A stretch of DNA of 62,173 nt, counting the filler, from Dirinaria sp. TL-2023a (taxonomy: Eukaryota), in the NCBI GenBank assembly GCA_051941275.1. It is 6 parts of 6 records of this genome, joined end to end, with 100 filler letters (N's around TTAATTAATTAA, not from the genome) between each part and the next. Parts side by side here need not be neighbours in the genome. Positions count along the whole stretch, not along the records: positions 51,919 to 62,173 come from JAVEBF010000957.1; 5 more parts are not named here. One strand, written 5' to 3'. The position numbers and the translations under genes were made by a program. The notes beneath the pieces were generated by a model that saw nothing but the letters and a program-made list of their open reading frames with translations, made no database searches and had not been told where the DNA came from. Position 1 is the stretch's first letter, and each line of letters begins with the position of its first letter. Positions 61,509 to 62,173 of this stretch are shown here, piece after piece.

Positions 61509-62173
61509 TCATCCGGAGTCCCCCTCGCCGGTGCCACCATACCCTCTCAGCGACTCACAAGGAAGATCCGGATTCTCCAAAAACGCCTCCGTCGCTCGAA
61601 CCCCCTGCACGCCCCTCCACACGGTCCGCTCTCTCACCAGAGGCGGGCTCAGCTCCACCACACCCCGAACATTCCGCGGGCGATTGTCGCCCGTACTCAA
61701 AGACGTGTTCCAGAACTGGATCAGATTATCGCACAATCCGGTTTTATTACCGACGATCGGCTGGTTGGTCACGTTCCTGTAGAACGCGAGAGGCAGGACG
61801 TTTTGGGCTGCTGATCCCGTCGCCGGCCACTCGTGGATCTTGGCTACTATACTATCCCGTCCGCACGCCCGCGAAGCATTCCCAAAAACCGTGAAAACGT
61901 AATCATCCCTGCCAGGCCGAGAATGCTTATACGGCGCGTCCGCGGGATCGAAAGTCGCAGGTATGGCACCGATCCCATACGCCTCTGTCGCCGACAGAGC
62001 AAGCGGCACAGTCGGCGGCAGATAGATATAGGCTCTATACCTGAAGCAAGTCGAATTGTCGTTCAGCAGATCAATGAACGGGAACGAGAAACGGAGAGAA
62101 GAGAAATCGACAATCGAGCTTCTGCCCTGAAAGCGGATATCGTGCTCGATGGCGCCTTCGAGAATGAGTGGGT
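61509..62173 (-). CDS. Fungal hypothetical protein, 5'-truncated by the window end
   Basis: The frame stays open to the window end: PLILEGAIEHDIRF..FSFPFIDLLND..YG..PATFDP..FYRNVTNQP..CDNLIQFWNTS..GVRATEAFLE. Confidence 0.75.
   Translation of the reverse strand, partial: PLILEGAIEHDIRFQGRSSIVDFSSLRFSFPFIDLLNDNSTCFRYRAYIYLPPTVPLALSATEAYGIGAIPATFDPADAPYKHSRPGRDDYVFTVFGNASRACGRDSIVAKIHEWPATGSAAQNVLPLAFYRNVTNQPIVGNKTGLCDNLIQFWNTSLSTGDNRPRNVRGVVELSPPLVRERTVWRGVQGVRATEAFLENPDLPCESLRGYGGTGEGDSG

Noticed and set aside
61166..61894. 242-aa plus-strand ORF
   Set aside because: Its 3' half is antisense to the better-supported minus-strand gene, and its composition is shadow-like.

Overview
Eukaryotic DNA from one or more filamentous ascomycetes, with intron-containing genes (GT..CTAAC/CTGAC..AG). 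The window is not one locus. It is six unrelated contigs of steadily decreasing length (10310, 10299, 10291, 10259, 10259, 10255 bp) joined by an artificial 100-bp spacer (N44-TTAATTAATTAA-N44), so gene neighbourhood means nothing across spacers. Recognisable genes: a PHD/Myb-like protein, an NCBP3-like protein, an APH/ACAD10-like kinase, a pseudogenised RBR/IBR E3 ligase, two Zn2Cys6 factors (one divergent from a DHA2 MFS pump), ARP1, gamma-glutamyltranspeptidase, mitochondrial release factor 1, an alpha-arrestin, a secreted beta-propeller, INO80 subunit Iec3, a Dal5/ACS-family MFS, a PTH11-like receptor, an IDO-family dioxygenase and several secreted Cys-patterned proteins. The end of contig 2 carries about 560 bp of high-GC alphaproteobacterial tilS sequence. 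Together with the secreted families, this suggests (inference) a lichen or other symbiotic metagenome. No CRISPR array, rRNA, tRNA or intact transposon was found. I found no clearly new multi-gene system. The best leads are the tandem KP4/Ecp2-like secreted gene, a recurring palindromic AAGGTA/TACCTT element at gene boundaries, a 161-bp tandem array upstream of a chromatin-reader gene, and the bacterial junction.
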